Positions 19,698 to 30,238 of a DNA stretch of 64,000 nucleotides are shown here, piece by piece. Position 1 is the first letter of the stretch, and every line of letters begins with the position of its first letter. The notes below the pieces were generated by a model. The model was not told where the DNA came from. It did not search any database and saw only the letters and a program-made list of their open reading frames with translations. The position numbers and the translations under genes were made by a program. Origin of the DNA: a virus (Duplodnaviria; Caudoviricetes). The DNA is taken from positions 1,057 to 65,056 of IMG/VR virus record IMGVR_UViG_3300036768_000367. One strand, written 5' to 3'.

Positions 19698-21436
19698 TGC
19701 CTTTATACATAGGTGATGGTTATAATTCGGGTATCGGCGCGTCGTCAGCATCACTTACATCTGGTGGTGACTGGAAGGCTTCGGCACGAGTTGCAACCAC
19801 TGAAAATATAACTTTGTCTGGTTTACAAACCATTGATGGTATTGCTTTATCTCAAGACGATCGCGTATTGGTTAAAAATCAGACTACGGCATCACAAAAT
19901 GGTATTTATAATGCATCATCTGTTGGTTGGACTCGAACATCTGATGCTTCCGATAGCTCGCAAGTAACATCTGGTATGTCATTAAACATTGAAGAGGGAA
20001 CTGTTAATGGCGGAACTTCATGGAAGCTAACTACTATAAATCCAATTACCATTGATACTACTGGATTAGTATTTAGTCCTTTTGGCGGTGGTGCGACACC
20101 AGTTGGATCCAATGGTGATATTCAGATTAAAGGTGCAGGCTCAAATCTTGCTTACGAAAGCACTGTAGGTTATGGTTTTAATTATAGTATCACCAATCAC
20201 TCTTTAACAATTGGTCCAGCAGGCACAAATCTTGCCAATAACCCATTGTCAGTAAACGGCACTGTTAATAGTTATTTACAATCAAATGTTCAAAATACAT
20301 CAAATGGCACTTCTGCATCATCTGATGTGGTTGCAACTGCAGACAACGGAAATGATAGTACAAATTATGTAAACTTAGGAATAAATAGCTCTACATATGC
20401 TGATAATACATTTACTATAGTAGGTGCAAATGCGGGTTATTTATATAGCTCTGGTGGCAACATGTCTGTTGGAACCGCGAGTCCAAATACAGACCTGTTG
20501 TTTTTCACAACAGGTACTCTATCCGCCAATGAACGCGCGCGCATTACTTCTGCTGGTAATTTTATAATAGGAAGAGCCGCGAAAGCTACCAGTGATACTG
20601 ATGGATTTTTATACTTAAGTTCTGCTCCTGGCGTACCAACTGGTGTGCCAACTTCTTTTTCTGGACGAACGCCGATTACGATAGACTCTGATAATGGTGA
20701 TCTTTATTTGTACACCAATAATACTTGGACCAATGTAGGAAATCCTTCGACTATAGGCAGGAACGCTCCACTTGCGTGGCTTCCACAAACTGGTACTACA
20801 TTAACATTATGGGGTATGGGAGCTACGACCGTTGGAACTGTCTCACATCCTGCTTTAGCCAATACTAATTATCTAACACAGATGCGCCGTGCGCGCTTTG
20901 CAAGTTCATCAACTGCAGGTAGCTTTGCAGGTATTCGTGGCCCAGAAACACTTGTGTGGAGAGGCAATGCCGCGGGTCGTGGGGGATTCTATTTTGTTTG
21001 CAGATTTGCAATGACTACAAATCTAGCAAATGCTCGTGCATTTGTAGGTCTTTATGCATCGACTGCTGCATTAACAAATGCTGACCCATCCTCATTAGTC
21101 AATGTTGTCGGTATGTCTTTAGATTCTGCTGATGCTAATTGGCAAATTATATCTAATGATCAAACAGGTACCGCGCCCAAGGTGAACTTGGGCGCAAATT
21201 TTGCAAAGTCGACAACGGCAGTTTACGAGGTAAGATTCTGGGCAGCACCAAATGATACGCTAATTAATTATAACGTATTACGTCTTGATACACCAGCTAG
21301 TGTGACGGGCACATTATCTGGCGACATTCCTCAATCTACTGTGTTTTTAACTCCATATATTTGGATTACTAATAACGCCACTGCGTCAGCTGCACAGATA
21401 GAAATGTCAAGATTATACTTAGATGCGTTAAAATAA
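19697..21436 (+). CDS. Tail-fibre-like structural protein
   Basis: Common phage module WKASARVATTENITLSGLQTIDG...DRVLVKNQT.ASQNGIY; ERARITSAGN fibre motif. Confidence 0.75.
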   Translation: MPLYIGDGYNSGIGASSASLTSGGDWKASARVATTENITLSGLQTIDGIALSQDDRVLVKNQTTASQNGIYNASSVGWTRTSDASDSSQVTSGMSLNIEEGTVNGGTSWKLTTINPITIDTTGLVFSPFGGGATPVGSNGDIQIKGAGSNLAYESTVGYGFNYSITNHSLTIGPAGTNLANNPLSVNGTVNSYLQSNVQNTSNGTSASSDVVATADNGNDSTNYVNLGINSSTYADNTFTIVGANAGYLYSSGGNMSVGTASPNTDLLFFTTGTLSANERARITSAGNFIIGRAAKATSDTDGFLYLSSAPGVPTGVPTSFSGRTPITIDSDNGDLYLYTNNTWTNVGNPSTIGRNAPLAWLPQTGTTLTLWGMGATTVGTVSHPALANTNYLTQMRRARFASSSTAGSFAGIRGPETLVWRGNAAGRGGFYFVCRFAMTTNLANARAFVGLYASTAALTNADPSSLVNVVGMSLDSADANWQIISNDQTGTAPKVNLGANFAKSTTAVYEVRFWAAPNDTLINYNVLRLDTPASVTGTLSGDIPQSTVFLTPYIWITNNATASAAQIEMSRLYLDALK

Positions 21437-21450
21437 TTTAGGATGAGAAT

Positions 21451-22608
21451 ATGACTACAACATTTTATTTCACAATAGCATCAGAAGGATTTTTCCCAAA
21501 TTTTAAAGTAGACATTGATAGGTTTACTAAAGAAATTAGAGAAAGTTCTATAGTTACTGCACTAGATACTGTCAGCGTATCAGGTGGTAATTGTGTTGTT
21601 GTTTTTAAAGACAATTTATCACAAGAAGATTCTGATACTTTACTTGCTTTAGTTCAGAGTCATTCTGGATTACCTTTGCCTGCACCATCTGATTCTAACG
21701 GTATACCAATAGTCTCTTTAGGAAACAAAAGTTCATATGGAATAAATATAGTTGAATCAGCAATAAGGTCTGGCACTAAAACACAACAGATTAGTCAAAA
21801 CTTCTGTGACAAGCATACTTGGTATTCTACCAGTCAAAGACACACTGGTATTGTTATGCAAAATAGTGGTGATGGTTATTCTTGGGATATACCAGATGGT
21901 TATATTGGACAGTATGGTATTGTGGATGTAACACATGGTAGAATTTTGCATGAAAGAAGGATTAGAGATAAATATTGTGTAAAGGTATACGTGAATGGAG
22001 TCGAGAAATTAGAAAAAGATCCTCACAATAATAATGGAGATTTTGTTATAGATGTAGATACTGGCAGAGTAACATTTGATACAAATCAAGCTGGAAATTT
22101 AATAACTATAGATTTTAGTGAGGTAAAAAATAGTCGTTGGTATTTAAAGCCAACTGCTGGTAAGAAGTTGCGACTTGTTAGTGCAGAGCTTCAGTTCTCT
22201 ACTGATGCGCAGATGAAAGATACTTTTGTGTTTCAGATGTATGCAACTGTAGATAAATTTCCGCCACTATTCTTTTTGTGGAATCAAAATCCATATGGTC
22301 CTCCAGGGCCATATCCAGCTGGAACAAAGATACCAATAGGTGATGCTGTTTATTATCAAAATGTTTTTGATTTAATATGTGAAGCAAATTTAGCATATCC
22401 AGTAATTCCTAAGTGGCAAGGTCAGGGTTCTACGTGGAGAGATCTTAAATCTGATGTCATGATTTTCTCATGGGAATATGGTGAACAAGCATCTATAGAC
22501 ATTGATAGTAAATATGGCATGGAGATAGAGATACGATTAGAGCATGATCAGCAGTGTAATGGCAGTTATGCAGTAGTAACATTTTATTGCGTAAGTGAAG
22601 ACACGTAG
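21451..22608 (+). CDS. Putative virion structural protein
   Basis: Within the structural operon; VKVYVNG..FVIDVDTGRVTFD beta motif seen in tail and baseplate proteins. Confidence 0.55.
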   Translation: MTTTFYFTIASEGFFPNFKVDIDRFTKEIRESSIVTALDTVSVSGGNCVVVFKDNLSQEDSDTLLALVQSHSGLPLPAPSDSNGIPIVSLGNKSSYGINIVESAIRSGTKTQQISQNFCDKHTWYSTSQRHTGIVMQNSGDGYSWDIPDGYIGQYGIVDVTHGRILHERRIRDKYCVKVYVNGVEKLEKDPHNNNGDFVIDVDTGRVTFDTNQAGNLITIDFSEVKNSRWYLKPTAGKKLRLVSAELQFSTDAQMKDTFVFQMYATVDKFPPLFFLWNQNPYGPPGPYPAGTKIPIGDAVYYQNVFDLICEANLAYPVIPKWQGQGSTWRDLKSDVMIFSWEYGEQASIDIDSKYGMEIEIRLEHDQQCNGSYAVVTFYCVSEDT

Positions 22609-22616
22609 GGGGACTT

Positions 22617-23420
22617 ATGTCAAAAAATATTAAACTAGTTTTGTCTGGCAGTGGTTGTTTATATCCTGTACACGTAGGAGCAGTTCTACGTTTGGCAGAG
22701 GCTGGATATGTATTTGAAGAAGTATGTGGTACATCTGGAGGGTCAATAGTAGCTGCAGCACTTGCCAGTGGCTATCCAGCAAATAATGAGCTGGTTAGAA
22801 TGGTTAAAAACACATTACCTGCTAAAAATGGTCTTATCGACTTGTCAATTTTCTCTTTAACTTTTCACTGGGGATTAATTAAAGGCGATAAGATAGAAAA
22901 AACTTTTCATAAGCACTTTGTTAAAAAAATGAATGAGACCAGAATACCGCTACACGTGGTCACTACCAATTTGGACAAACAAGAGGTTAAGGTTTTTTCT
23001 ACCAAAGACACTCCAGACATGAGTGTTGCTAAAGCCGTTAGAGCAAGTATATCTATTCCAGGTGTTTTTGCTCCAGTCAAACTAGATGGTGACTTACACG
23101 TAGATGGCGGACTTATGGCAAATTACTTCTTAGATATCTTTGGAAGTGGAGATGATGTTATAGGACTTAGGTTTAAATCAGTTAGCGATGAGAAAAAGGG
23201 CACCAAAGTTAAAAATCCAATAGAATATATTGAACGTTGTATTGACTCTTTAATTCAGGGCAGTACAAATGAACACATTGATGATGCAACGTTTGCCAGG
23301 ACCATAGTCCTAGAGTCAAAGCATAATAGTCTAGACTTTAAGATGACTGATAGTGATGTTGATGAAATGATAGAAGAGGGATATCGAAGTGCTGATAAGT
23401 GGCTTAAGATGTATAAATAA
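22617..23420 (+). CDS. Patatin-like phospholipase
   Basis: LVLSGSG glycine loop, GTSGG nucleophile elbow, AVRASISIPGVF.PV, VDGG catalytic Asp. Confidence 0.92.
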   Translation: MSKNIKLVLSGSGCLYPVHVGAVLRLAEAGYVFEEVCGTSGGSIVAAALASGYPANNELVRMVKNTLPAKNGLIDLSIFSLTFHWGLIKGDKIEKTFHKHFVKKMNETRIPLHVVTTNLDKQEVKVFSTKDTPDMSVAKAVRASISIPGVFAPVKLDGDLHVDGGLMANYFLDIFGSGDDVIGLRFKSVSDEKKGTKVKNPIEYIERCIDSLIQGSTNEHIDDATFARTIVLESKHNSLDFKMTDSDVDEMIEEGYRSADKWLKMYK

Positions 23421-23514
23421 TCAGTAATGTATGTATGATGTTCTTTCCTTCGTGACTCTACATGTAGATATAGCAGCGTAGAAAAAAGTGTCAATTTTGT
23501 TAGCGAGATTTTAA

Positions 23515-23820
23515 ATGCCTACTAAAAGAAAGTTGCTGGTTGAATTTTGCGAAATATGTGGATTTAACGACAAGCGCGCAATACAAGCGCATCATATTAT
23601 TCCACGAACTGATCCTGATTGTACAAATACTGAAAGTAATTTGGCTTATATTTGTGCTAATTGTCATAATTTAGTTCATGCTAATGAAATTATTATAGAG
23701 GGTCGATTCATGACCACTGGCGGTCACAAGTTGTTTTGGCACAAACATAATGAACAATTTGTAGTAATACCTGGCGTATTCTTAAATCAAGATGGTACCG
23801 CAACAATAAAATGGAGATAA
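23515..23820 (+). CDS. HNH endonuclease
   Basis: CEICG...HHIIP...NL..ICANCHNLVH. Confidence 0.85.
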   Translation: MPTKRKLLVEFCEICGFNDKRAIQAHHIIPRTDPDCTNTESNLAYICANCHNLVHANEIIIEGRFMTTGGHKLFWHKHNEQFVVIPGVFLNQDGTATIKWR

Positions 23821-23821
23821 T

Positions 23822-24079
23822 ATGGAAGACAAATTAGATAAAATAATAGATTTATTGGTAGCACAAAATAATTTATTAACTAGTATTATGATATCTTTAA
23901 AATCATCTGGTGTGGCCAGCTCAGCAGCGCCATCATGGCCTAATGTTCCTAATAATACTGGTATTAATATTCGTGATGAGATCGAGCGCAAAATAGCACA
24001 AGCTCGTGCTGAAGCACAATCTAAACTAAATCAAGTTCAAACAATGCCTGAAATTAAGAGTCTAATGAAGACAGAGTGA
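23822..24079 (+). CDS. Hypothetical protein
   Basis: GGAG RBS; 85 aa, helical. Confidence 0.6.
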   Translation: MEDKLDKIIDLLVAQNNLLTSIMISLKSSGVASSAAPSWPNVPNNTGINIRDEIERKIAQARAEAQSKLNQVQTMPEIKSLMKTE

Positions 24080-24150
24080 ATCACTCATTCGGTATGCTAA
24101 TAAAAGTAAATATGTCGTAGCATTTTATGTTAGTATAGAATGGGTTTTTA

Positions 24151-24912
24151 ATGTCTAAAATAGGCGACACTTATAAGTGGGAAAATACTATTACAAAAAC
24201 TGTCCATATTGGACAGACAAATAATTTTTTAAGAAGACGTCATGAAGAAAAATATTTTTTGCAAAAAGGTGGGTTTTCAAGCAGCCACTTTCAAGCCTCA
24301 TGGAAAAAGCACGACGCCGATAAATTTGCTTATTCTATATTAGAAGAAGTAGAAGATCATATGTTTTTAACTTCTTTTGAGCAAGCATATTTAGATTACT
24401 ATAAGAGCTTAAATGCTGGTGTGTATAATCAAGGTGGGCCCGTAGATTCTCTAACCATAGGTGTGCCATCTTCCAAAAATGGTAAGCCTGGCAGAAAAAT
24501 TACAGAAAAAGAGCGTGAAGATATAGGTCTAAGGCTCATGGGACACCAGGTCTCGGACGAGGTGAAAAACAAAATAGCTTCAAAGGCCCGTGGCATAAGA
24601 CACTCTGATGGTACTAAAAATAAAATACGCTCGATTACTAGGCAGATGTGGCAAGATGAGGTTATCAAAAATAAATTATTAGCGCTAAGAGTATCGCCAG
24701 AGTGGCGCCCAAAAATCTCTAATACTAGAATTAAAACAAAATTCATAGAGGCAATAGATTTAAGCACAGGACTAGTTCTAGAGTTTACGTCGCTTTACAA
24801 CGCCGCTCAAGCAGGTTTTGATAAGTCGGCAATATTAAGAATTCTTAATGGTAAGAGCGCATCGCACAATGGATGTTTCTGGCAATGTTTGGCGAAAACT
24901 GGTGAAGTATGA
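24151..24912 (+). CDS. GIY-YIG homing endonuclease (degenerate motif) with NUMOD3/NUMOD1-like domains
   Basis: GDTYKWEN...VHIGQT..F.RR..E; HFQASWKKH; EQAYLDYY; YN; HSDGTKNKI; C-terminal ILNGKSASHNGCFW. Confidence 0.8.
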   Translation: MSKIGDTYKWENTITKTVHIGQTNNFLRRRHEEKYFLQKGGFSSSHFQASWKKHDADKFAYSILEEVEDHMFLTSFEQAYLDYYKSLNAGVYNQGGPVDSLTIGVPSSKNGKPGRKITEKEREDIGLRLMGHQVSDEVKNKIASKARGIRHSDGTKNKIRSITRQMWQDEVIKNKLLALRVSPEWRPKISNTRIKTKFIEAIDLSTGLVLEFTSLYNAAQAGFDKSAILRILNGKSASHNGCFWQCLAKTGEV

Positions 24913-27900
24913 CAAATTACCCTAATCAAATAGATGGATATAGTACTCTGCCAGTGCTCGTCGATTTGGTAAGCCCTGTACGTGCGGCGGATGTTAATAG
25001 GTTACGTAATTCGATTATTTCTATAGAGCGAGAGCTTGGCATTAATCCTAGTGGCACCTATGGCACTGTCCGTGCACGCCTTGATGCTTTAGAGTTAGGG
25101 TTCGGTGGCTCCATTATTACGGGTGGAGGCGGCGGCTCCGCTGGAACTGGAGAAGATTATCTATCAGGCATGATAGAAACACCTACAGATAAGGAATATT
25201 TTCTTACTACAGAAATTCCATATGATGGATATATTTATTCTATCAGTACAAAATCATCTGCTGGCTCCTGTACTTTAACTACCAAAATAAATGGCATAGC
25301 AGTTGGCGGCACTCCCAATGCTGTTAGTACCACCGAAGTCACTGAATATACCAGTGCTCCTAACAAGTTCTTTGCAGGTGATACGTTAACAGTTGAAGTT
25401 TCTGAAAACGCAAGCTGTGCAGATCTTTCTTTTACCGTACTAATGTATGTTACGCCAGGTGGTAAATTTGGTGAGGCCAATGTTGGTGCCAATGTAGGCG
25501 TAGCTGGTGTGGGTCTATATAAGCAGAAGACTGGGCTTACATTAGAATTTAGAAATATAAATGCTGGCTCAAACAAAATAAATGTTGGCCTAGATGCGCC
25601 AAATAACGAAATAGACATAGATGTTGTTGAAGCCAACTTGACTCTCAACAACATTGGTGGCTCACCATTAAGCATTAGCAATGGTGGCACTGGCCAATCA
25701 ATTGCTATAAATGGTTTTAATGCATTAGCGCCAACTACTACAAAGGGCGATCTGATTGTTAGAAATAATACCTCCAATGTCAGACTTGGTGTTGGAACGG
25801 ATGGCTACTTACTTATTGCTGATTCAACGCAACCAGAGGGCGTGCGTTGGGGCAGTCCAGCATTCGTGGGCGCCAATACTGCACTGTCAAATTTAAGTGC
25901 TACAGCAATAAACTTATCACTAATCCCTGGCGCAGATGATGTGCTAGATCTTGGTTCATCATCTCTTCGTTGGAGAGATTTGTACCTAGGACCCACTTCA
26001 TTAAGATTTGTCACCACAATTGCTGAAACTGGCACGGTACGAAATTGGCGTCTCAGCGTGCGTGAAACAGCTGGCTCTACTCGGGGCAGCCTTATTATTC
26101 AAGAGGGAGCTAGTGAATACCTTTATATTACTCCAGTTGGTAATGTTGGTATAGGAGTAACGGATCCATCTACAATTATTGATATCAATGGTGTTAGCAC
26201 TTATCGTGGAGTTGGCTCACCTCCACCAGTTTCATTAACTGGACAAGGCACTATTTATTTTGATGGCGCGACTAATAAGTTCAGATTCTCTGAAAATGGT
26301 GGAGCTTATCAGGACTTCGGCACTGGTGGAGGCGGTGGCGGTGGAGCCAATACCTCGCTATCAAATCTGGTAGCAACAAATATAAATACTTCATTACTCC
26401 CAGCTACTGATGATGGCTATGATCTTGGTGGCTCAGCCCAACGTTGGAGAGATCTTTACTTAGGTCCAACGTCACTACACTTAGTCTCAACCTCTGGAGA
26501 AACTGGCGTGGCGCGTGATTGGAAATTAGCAATAGCAGAGGCCGCTGGCTCGACCCGTGGACGTTTGCGAGTCATGGAGGGAGCAAGCGAATATATTAAC
26601 ATCACACCATCTGGATTAATTGGTATTGGAACTACAGAGCCAGCTTTTGACCTGCATGTGCTCAAAGCTTCTTCGGTCACAATTCAGTCAGAAAATAGTG
26701 CCACTACTGGATACGCTTCGGTAATATCTAGAAACAACTCGGGGTCATATGTCCAACTATTCTCAGCTGGCTCAGCTCAGGCTGGAACATGGTTTGCCAA
26801 TGATACATCTCCATTGTCAAGAACTAATACCGTAGGTTTTATAACTGGAGGTTCAGAAACCGCACTGGTGTTTGCAGCACAAGGCAATGTGCCTCTTCAG
26901 ATAGGACAAAACAATACTACCAGATTGTTATTTAACTCTACTCTTGGCGTAATTAATCCATCAAATAAAGATTATGATCTGCAAATACGTGGCCAGACGA
27001 CCTCGGATCTAATTTATGTTGACACATCTGCAAATAAGGTTGGTATTGGAACTAATTCCCCAGGATCAACTGTGCCTGGCAATGTAGTTCTTGATGTAGT
27101 TACTGCCACAGATACCAAGGTAGTTGCCAGAACAACTGGTGGCATTGGTACGGGATTTGCTTCATTTACACTGCAATCCACTGGTGCTTCAAACAATCCA
27201 TATTTTGAATGTCAGCTAATTCCAAGTAATACTGATAGACAATCTTATATAAGACATAATTATGTAGGATTAACTACTACAAATGAAATACTTGTTTTGC
27301 GTGGAGATGGCCATGTTGGTATTGGCACTACTAATCCTAATGAAGCACTGACATTACAAGGTGTTCTTAGCTTACAAGAGCAAGCCGTTGGTCCAGCTAT
27401 TAGTGCTGGTTATGGAAAGATTTTTGTAGGCTCCGATTCTAAGTTATATTTTATAGATGACTCTGGTGCACAATTCGATTTGACCGCAACAGGTGTTTTT
27501 GGTACGGGGGCCACTGACTCTGTAACTTATTGGTCTAGTCCAAGTGCACTGACCAACTCTGCAACATTTGTATGGAAAGAATCAACGCAGCGTGTAGGTA
27601 TAGGCACAACAGATCCTACGGCCAGCGCGCATGTTTTCTCAAGCACAGATGCCAAAGTTAAAATAGAAGCTGGTGATTCTAACAAGGCAGGAGTAGATTT
27701 TAATACTGGCGGAACCATTCGTGCAGATATAATTATAGACGGCTCAGTATCAGGCACACCGTTAAGTATTAATAAAAATTACGCAACTGATGTAACTATT
27801 GCGGCGGGCGGGGGCAACGTAGGCTTTGGCAATATTACGCCATCATCAAAAATAGATGTTGATGGGTCTATTACATGGAGAGGTTTAACCGCTCCGCCAG

Positions 27901-29102
27901 TAGCACCAGTGGGCCAGGGTAGAATTTATTTTGACACTTCTACCTCAAAATTTAAGATTTCAGAAAGTGGTGGTGCATATTTCGATATTAGTTCGGACAG
28001 CGCTGCCGACATCAATCTTTCTAACTTAGCAGCGACATCTATAAATACTGATTTATTACCACAGGTAGATGATGGTTATGATCTGGGCTCAGAGCTATTT
28101 AGGTGGAGAGATGGTTACTTCGGTCCTTCATCACTACATATAATTACAAAGGTTGGAGAAACCACTGATCCACATCACTGGGTATTAGGCGCAGCAGAGG
28201 CTCCAGGTCCAACGCAAGGTCGATTCACAATTCGTGATGGTAATAGTGAATTTTTCTCAGTAGATGGATATGGATTCGTAGGCATTGGTACTAGCGAGGC
28301 GTCATCTATATTAGAGGTTGGTGGCGCTATTACCTATGGAGGCATGACCCCACCGCCAGTAGCCCCATCTGGTAAGGGTAGAATATATTTTGATTCCGTA
28401 TCAAATCAATTCAAAATGTCGGAAAACGGTGCGCCATATGTCGTACTTGGAAGCGGCGGTGCCAACACATCACTATCCAACATTAGCAGTACCAATATTA
28501 GCGATTCGTTAATTCCAGCAATAAATGATGGATATGATCTAGGCTCAGACAGTAGTCGTTGGAGAGATGGTTATTTCGGAGCAGAAACGTTACATATTGG
28601 CAATAGCATAGCAGATGAAGCTAGGATCAGTTACGATGGAACTGCTGATAAGCTATACATTGGCATAGGCGATGGTCAGCATATAACGGTTAAGTCAGAT
28701 GGTTACGTAGGCGTTGGTACGACCAATCCATTGTTTAATCTTGAAGTAAATGGAACATTTGGAGCAACAACCAAGTCATTTATCATAGATCATCCTCTGA
28801 AGCCTGGAAAAAAATTAAGACATGGATCATTAGAAGGTCCAGAAAATGGCGTCTATGTTCGTGGTCAACTGGATAATGAATCTGTAATAGAGTTACCAGA
28901 CTACTGGACAGGATTAGTTGATGAGTCTACGATCACTGTTAATTTAACGCCAATTGGCGGGCACCAGAAGCTTTACGTAGATATGATAGATGATAATTGT
29001 GTGCACATAAAGACAGAGTCTTTGTCTGCACCAATAAAGTGTTATTATACTATTTTTGCTGAACGTAAAGATGTTGCTAAGCTGATAGTAGAGCCATTAT
29101 GA
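24909..29102 (+). CDS. Long tail fibre protein
   Basis: 1397 aa; shared YP..ID...LP..D N-terminal anchor; many GxVGIGT fibre motifs; four ANTSLSNL...DLG...RWRD repeats; conserved C-terminal TKSFIIDHP..LRHGSLEGPENGVYVRG domain. Confidence 0.85.
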   Translation: MTNYPNQIDGYSTLPVLVDLVSPVRAADVNRLRNSIISIERELGINPSGTYGTVRARLDALELGFGGSIITGGGGGSAGTGEDYLSGMIETPTDKEYFLTTEIPYDGYIYSISTKSSAGSCTLTTKINGIAVGGTPNAVSTTEVTEYTSAPNKFFAGDTLTVEVSENASCADLSFTVLMYVTPGGKFGEANVGANVGVAGVGLYKQKTGLTLEFRNINAGSNKINVGLDAPNNEIDIDVVEANLTLNNIGGSPLSISNGGTGQSIAINGFNALAPTTTKGDLIVRNNTSNVRLGVGTDGYLLIADSTQPEGVRWGSPAFVGANTALSNLSATAINLSLIPGADDVLDLGSSSLRWRDLYLGPTSLRFVTTIAETGTVRNWRLSVRETAGSTRGSLIIQEGASEYLYITPVGNVGIGVTDPSTIIDINGVSTYRGVGSPPPVSLTGQGTIYFDGATNKFRFSENGGAYQDFGTGGGGGGGANTSLSNLVATNINTSLLPATDDGYDLGGSAQRWRDLYLGPTSLHLVSTSGETGVARDWKLAIAEAAGSTRGRLRVMEGASEYINITPSGLIGIGTTEPAFDLHVLKASSVTIQSENSATTGYASVISRNNSGSYVQLFSAGSAQAGTWFANDTSPLSRTNTVGFITGGSETALVFAAQGNVPLQIGQNNTTRLLFNSTLGVINPSNKDYDLQIRGQTTSDLIYVDTSANKVGIGTNSPGSTVPGNVVLDVVTATDTKVVARTTGGIGTGFASFTLQSTGASNNPYFECQLIPSNTDRQSYIRHNYVGLTTTNEILVLRGDGHVGIGTTNPNEALTLQGVLSLQEQAVGPAISAGYGKIFVGSDSKLYFIDDSGAQFDLTATGVFGTGATDSVTYWSSPSALTNSATFVWKESTQRVGIGTTDPTASAHVFSSTDAKVKIEAGDSNKAGVDFNTGGTIRADIIIDGSVSGTPLSINKNYATDVTIAAGGGNVGFGNITPSSKIDVDGSITWRGLTAPPVAPVGQGRIYFDTSTSKFKISESGGAYFDISSDSAADINLSNLAATSINTDLLPQVDDGYDLGSELFRWRDGYFGPSSLHIITKVGETTDPHHWVLGAAEAPGPTQGRFTIRDGNSEFFSVDGYGFVGIGTSEASSILEVGGAITYGGMTPPPVAPSGKGRIYFDSVSNQFKMSENGAPYVVLGSGGANTSLSNISSTNISDSLIPAINDGYDLGSDSSRWRDGYFGAETLHIGNSIADEARISYDGTADKLYIGIGDGQHITVKSDGYVGVGTTNPLFNLEVNGTFGATTKSFIIDHPLKPGKKLRHGSLEGPENGVYVRGQLDNESVIELPDYWTGLVDESTITVNLTPIGGHQKLYVDMIDDNCVHIKTESLSAPIKCYYTIFAERKDVAKLIVEPL

Positions 29103-29300
29103 GCATGATCATCGGACGTTGACACTGTATCTTGTTCGCATCTTGGAACTACCAATACCAAAACTGGATCAAATGCTAGAGGAACCCTGTATCCAGTCTT
29201 ATATTCTTTTAATGGTCAATCATTGTACGAATGGATACTAATAAGAAAATATTCATCTGGAACAGTCAGTACCACAGTGGGTAGTGAGGTCGCAATATAA
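29099..29300 (+). pseudogene. Internally deleted structural gene remnant
   Basis: Coupled start MSMIIGR* joined out of frame to a C-terminal fragment ending LYEWILIRKYSSGTVSTTVGSEVAI*, whose stop overlaps the next ATG. Confidence 0.5.
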
Positions 29301-30190
29301 TGCCTTTATTTATATTTATTCCTAGTGAAGCAGCTATTGGCGGCGACCTTTTTGGCACGCCTCTAGCGCCTTTTGACTCGGAAGGTCACATTCCTATAAA
29401 TTCGAACATAGTTTTTGGTATCAGTGCTACTGGAACCGTTATATTTGATTATTCGTCACTTACAATTAAAATAAACAATGTGGACGTAGTCACCGCTGGA
29501 ATCCCGATAGCAGGATATTCGTTATCACTAGCTCGTGGGCAGTTTTACAACACAACTGGATTAATACTTACATTAACACACCCAGCCAACCTTTCGACAT
29601 TTACTACTTATACTATAGATGCTTTATTTAATACAATTAATTTAAAAGAATACAGTATGCACTATACGTTTACAACAAGCGATAGATTGACATTTAATTC
29701 CAACTTTCAATTTGGCAACACAAATCTTAACAGGTATTATTTTGACTATAGTTTTAGAGAAAATAGTCAAAGTATTGGTAGTTTTGCAACTCCGTCTTTA
29801 AATTATAATGGTTTTAATTTATTGGAGAGCCCAGCATCGAGCACCAAGATAATCTTGCAGGCAGATAGTGTGGCTGGTATACCTGACGTATTAAATGAGG
29901 AATTTGGAACATTCTCTCATATTGTGGCAACCCGTCTTGGTGATGACATCAATGCATCAAATGGTTTAACCGAAGGTAGTGTAGATGAGCAAAGAATTAT
30001 TTATAACAGTATAATAGCTACTATGAATACTAATAAAGGTGATACTTACAGTCAAAAAGATGCTCGCACAGCCGAATCTCAGGGACAGCCGACACCGTTT
30101 CCCACCATGTTAGGACCAAGATTTGGTGCCAAGGCGCTAGATAGACAGGTTGATTCTTTAAAGATTCAAAAACGAACCGAAGATGCGTGA
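29300..30190 (+). CDS. Putative structural protein with Ig-like N-terminal domain
   Basis: PINSNIVF.I...SSLTIKINN..LTLTHPANL...TTYTI...YTFTT resembles a bacterial Ig-like fold. Confidence 0.55.
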   Translation: MPLFIFIPSEAAIGGDLFGTPLAPFDSEGHIPINSNIVFGISATGTVIFDYSSLTIKINNVDVVTAGIPIAGYSLSLARGQFYNTTGLILTLTHPANLSTFTTYTIDALFNTINLKEYSMHYTFTTSDRLTFNSNFQFGNTNLNRYYFDYSFRENSQSIGSFATPSLNYNGFNLLESPASSTKIILQADSVAGIPDVLNEEFGTFSHIVATRLGDDINASNGLTEGSVDEQRIIYNSIIATMNTNKGDTYSQKDARTAESQGQPTPFPTMLGPRFGAKALDRQVDSLKIQKRTEDA

Positions 30191-30238
30191 CTATCAATAT
30201 AAATGTAGAGATGAAACCTTTACAAGATAGGATAAAAG

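Noticed and set aside
22617-23820. Patatin plus HNH as a CBASS-like defence operon
   Set aside because: No cyclase (CD-NTase) or sensor domain is nearby, and the HNH looks like a free-standing small phage nuclease.
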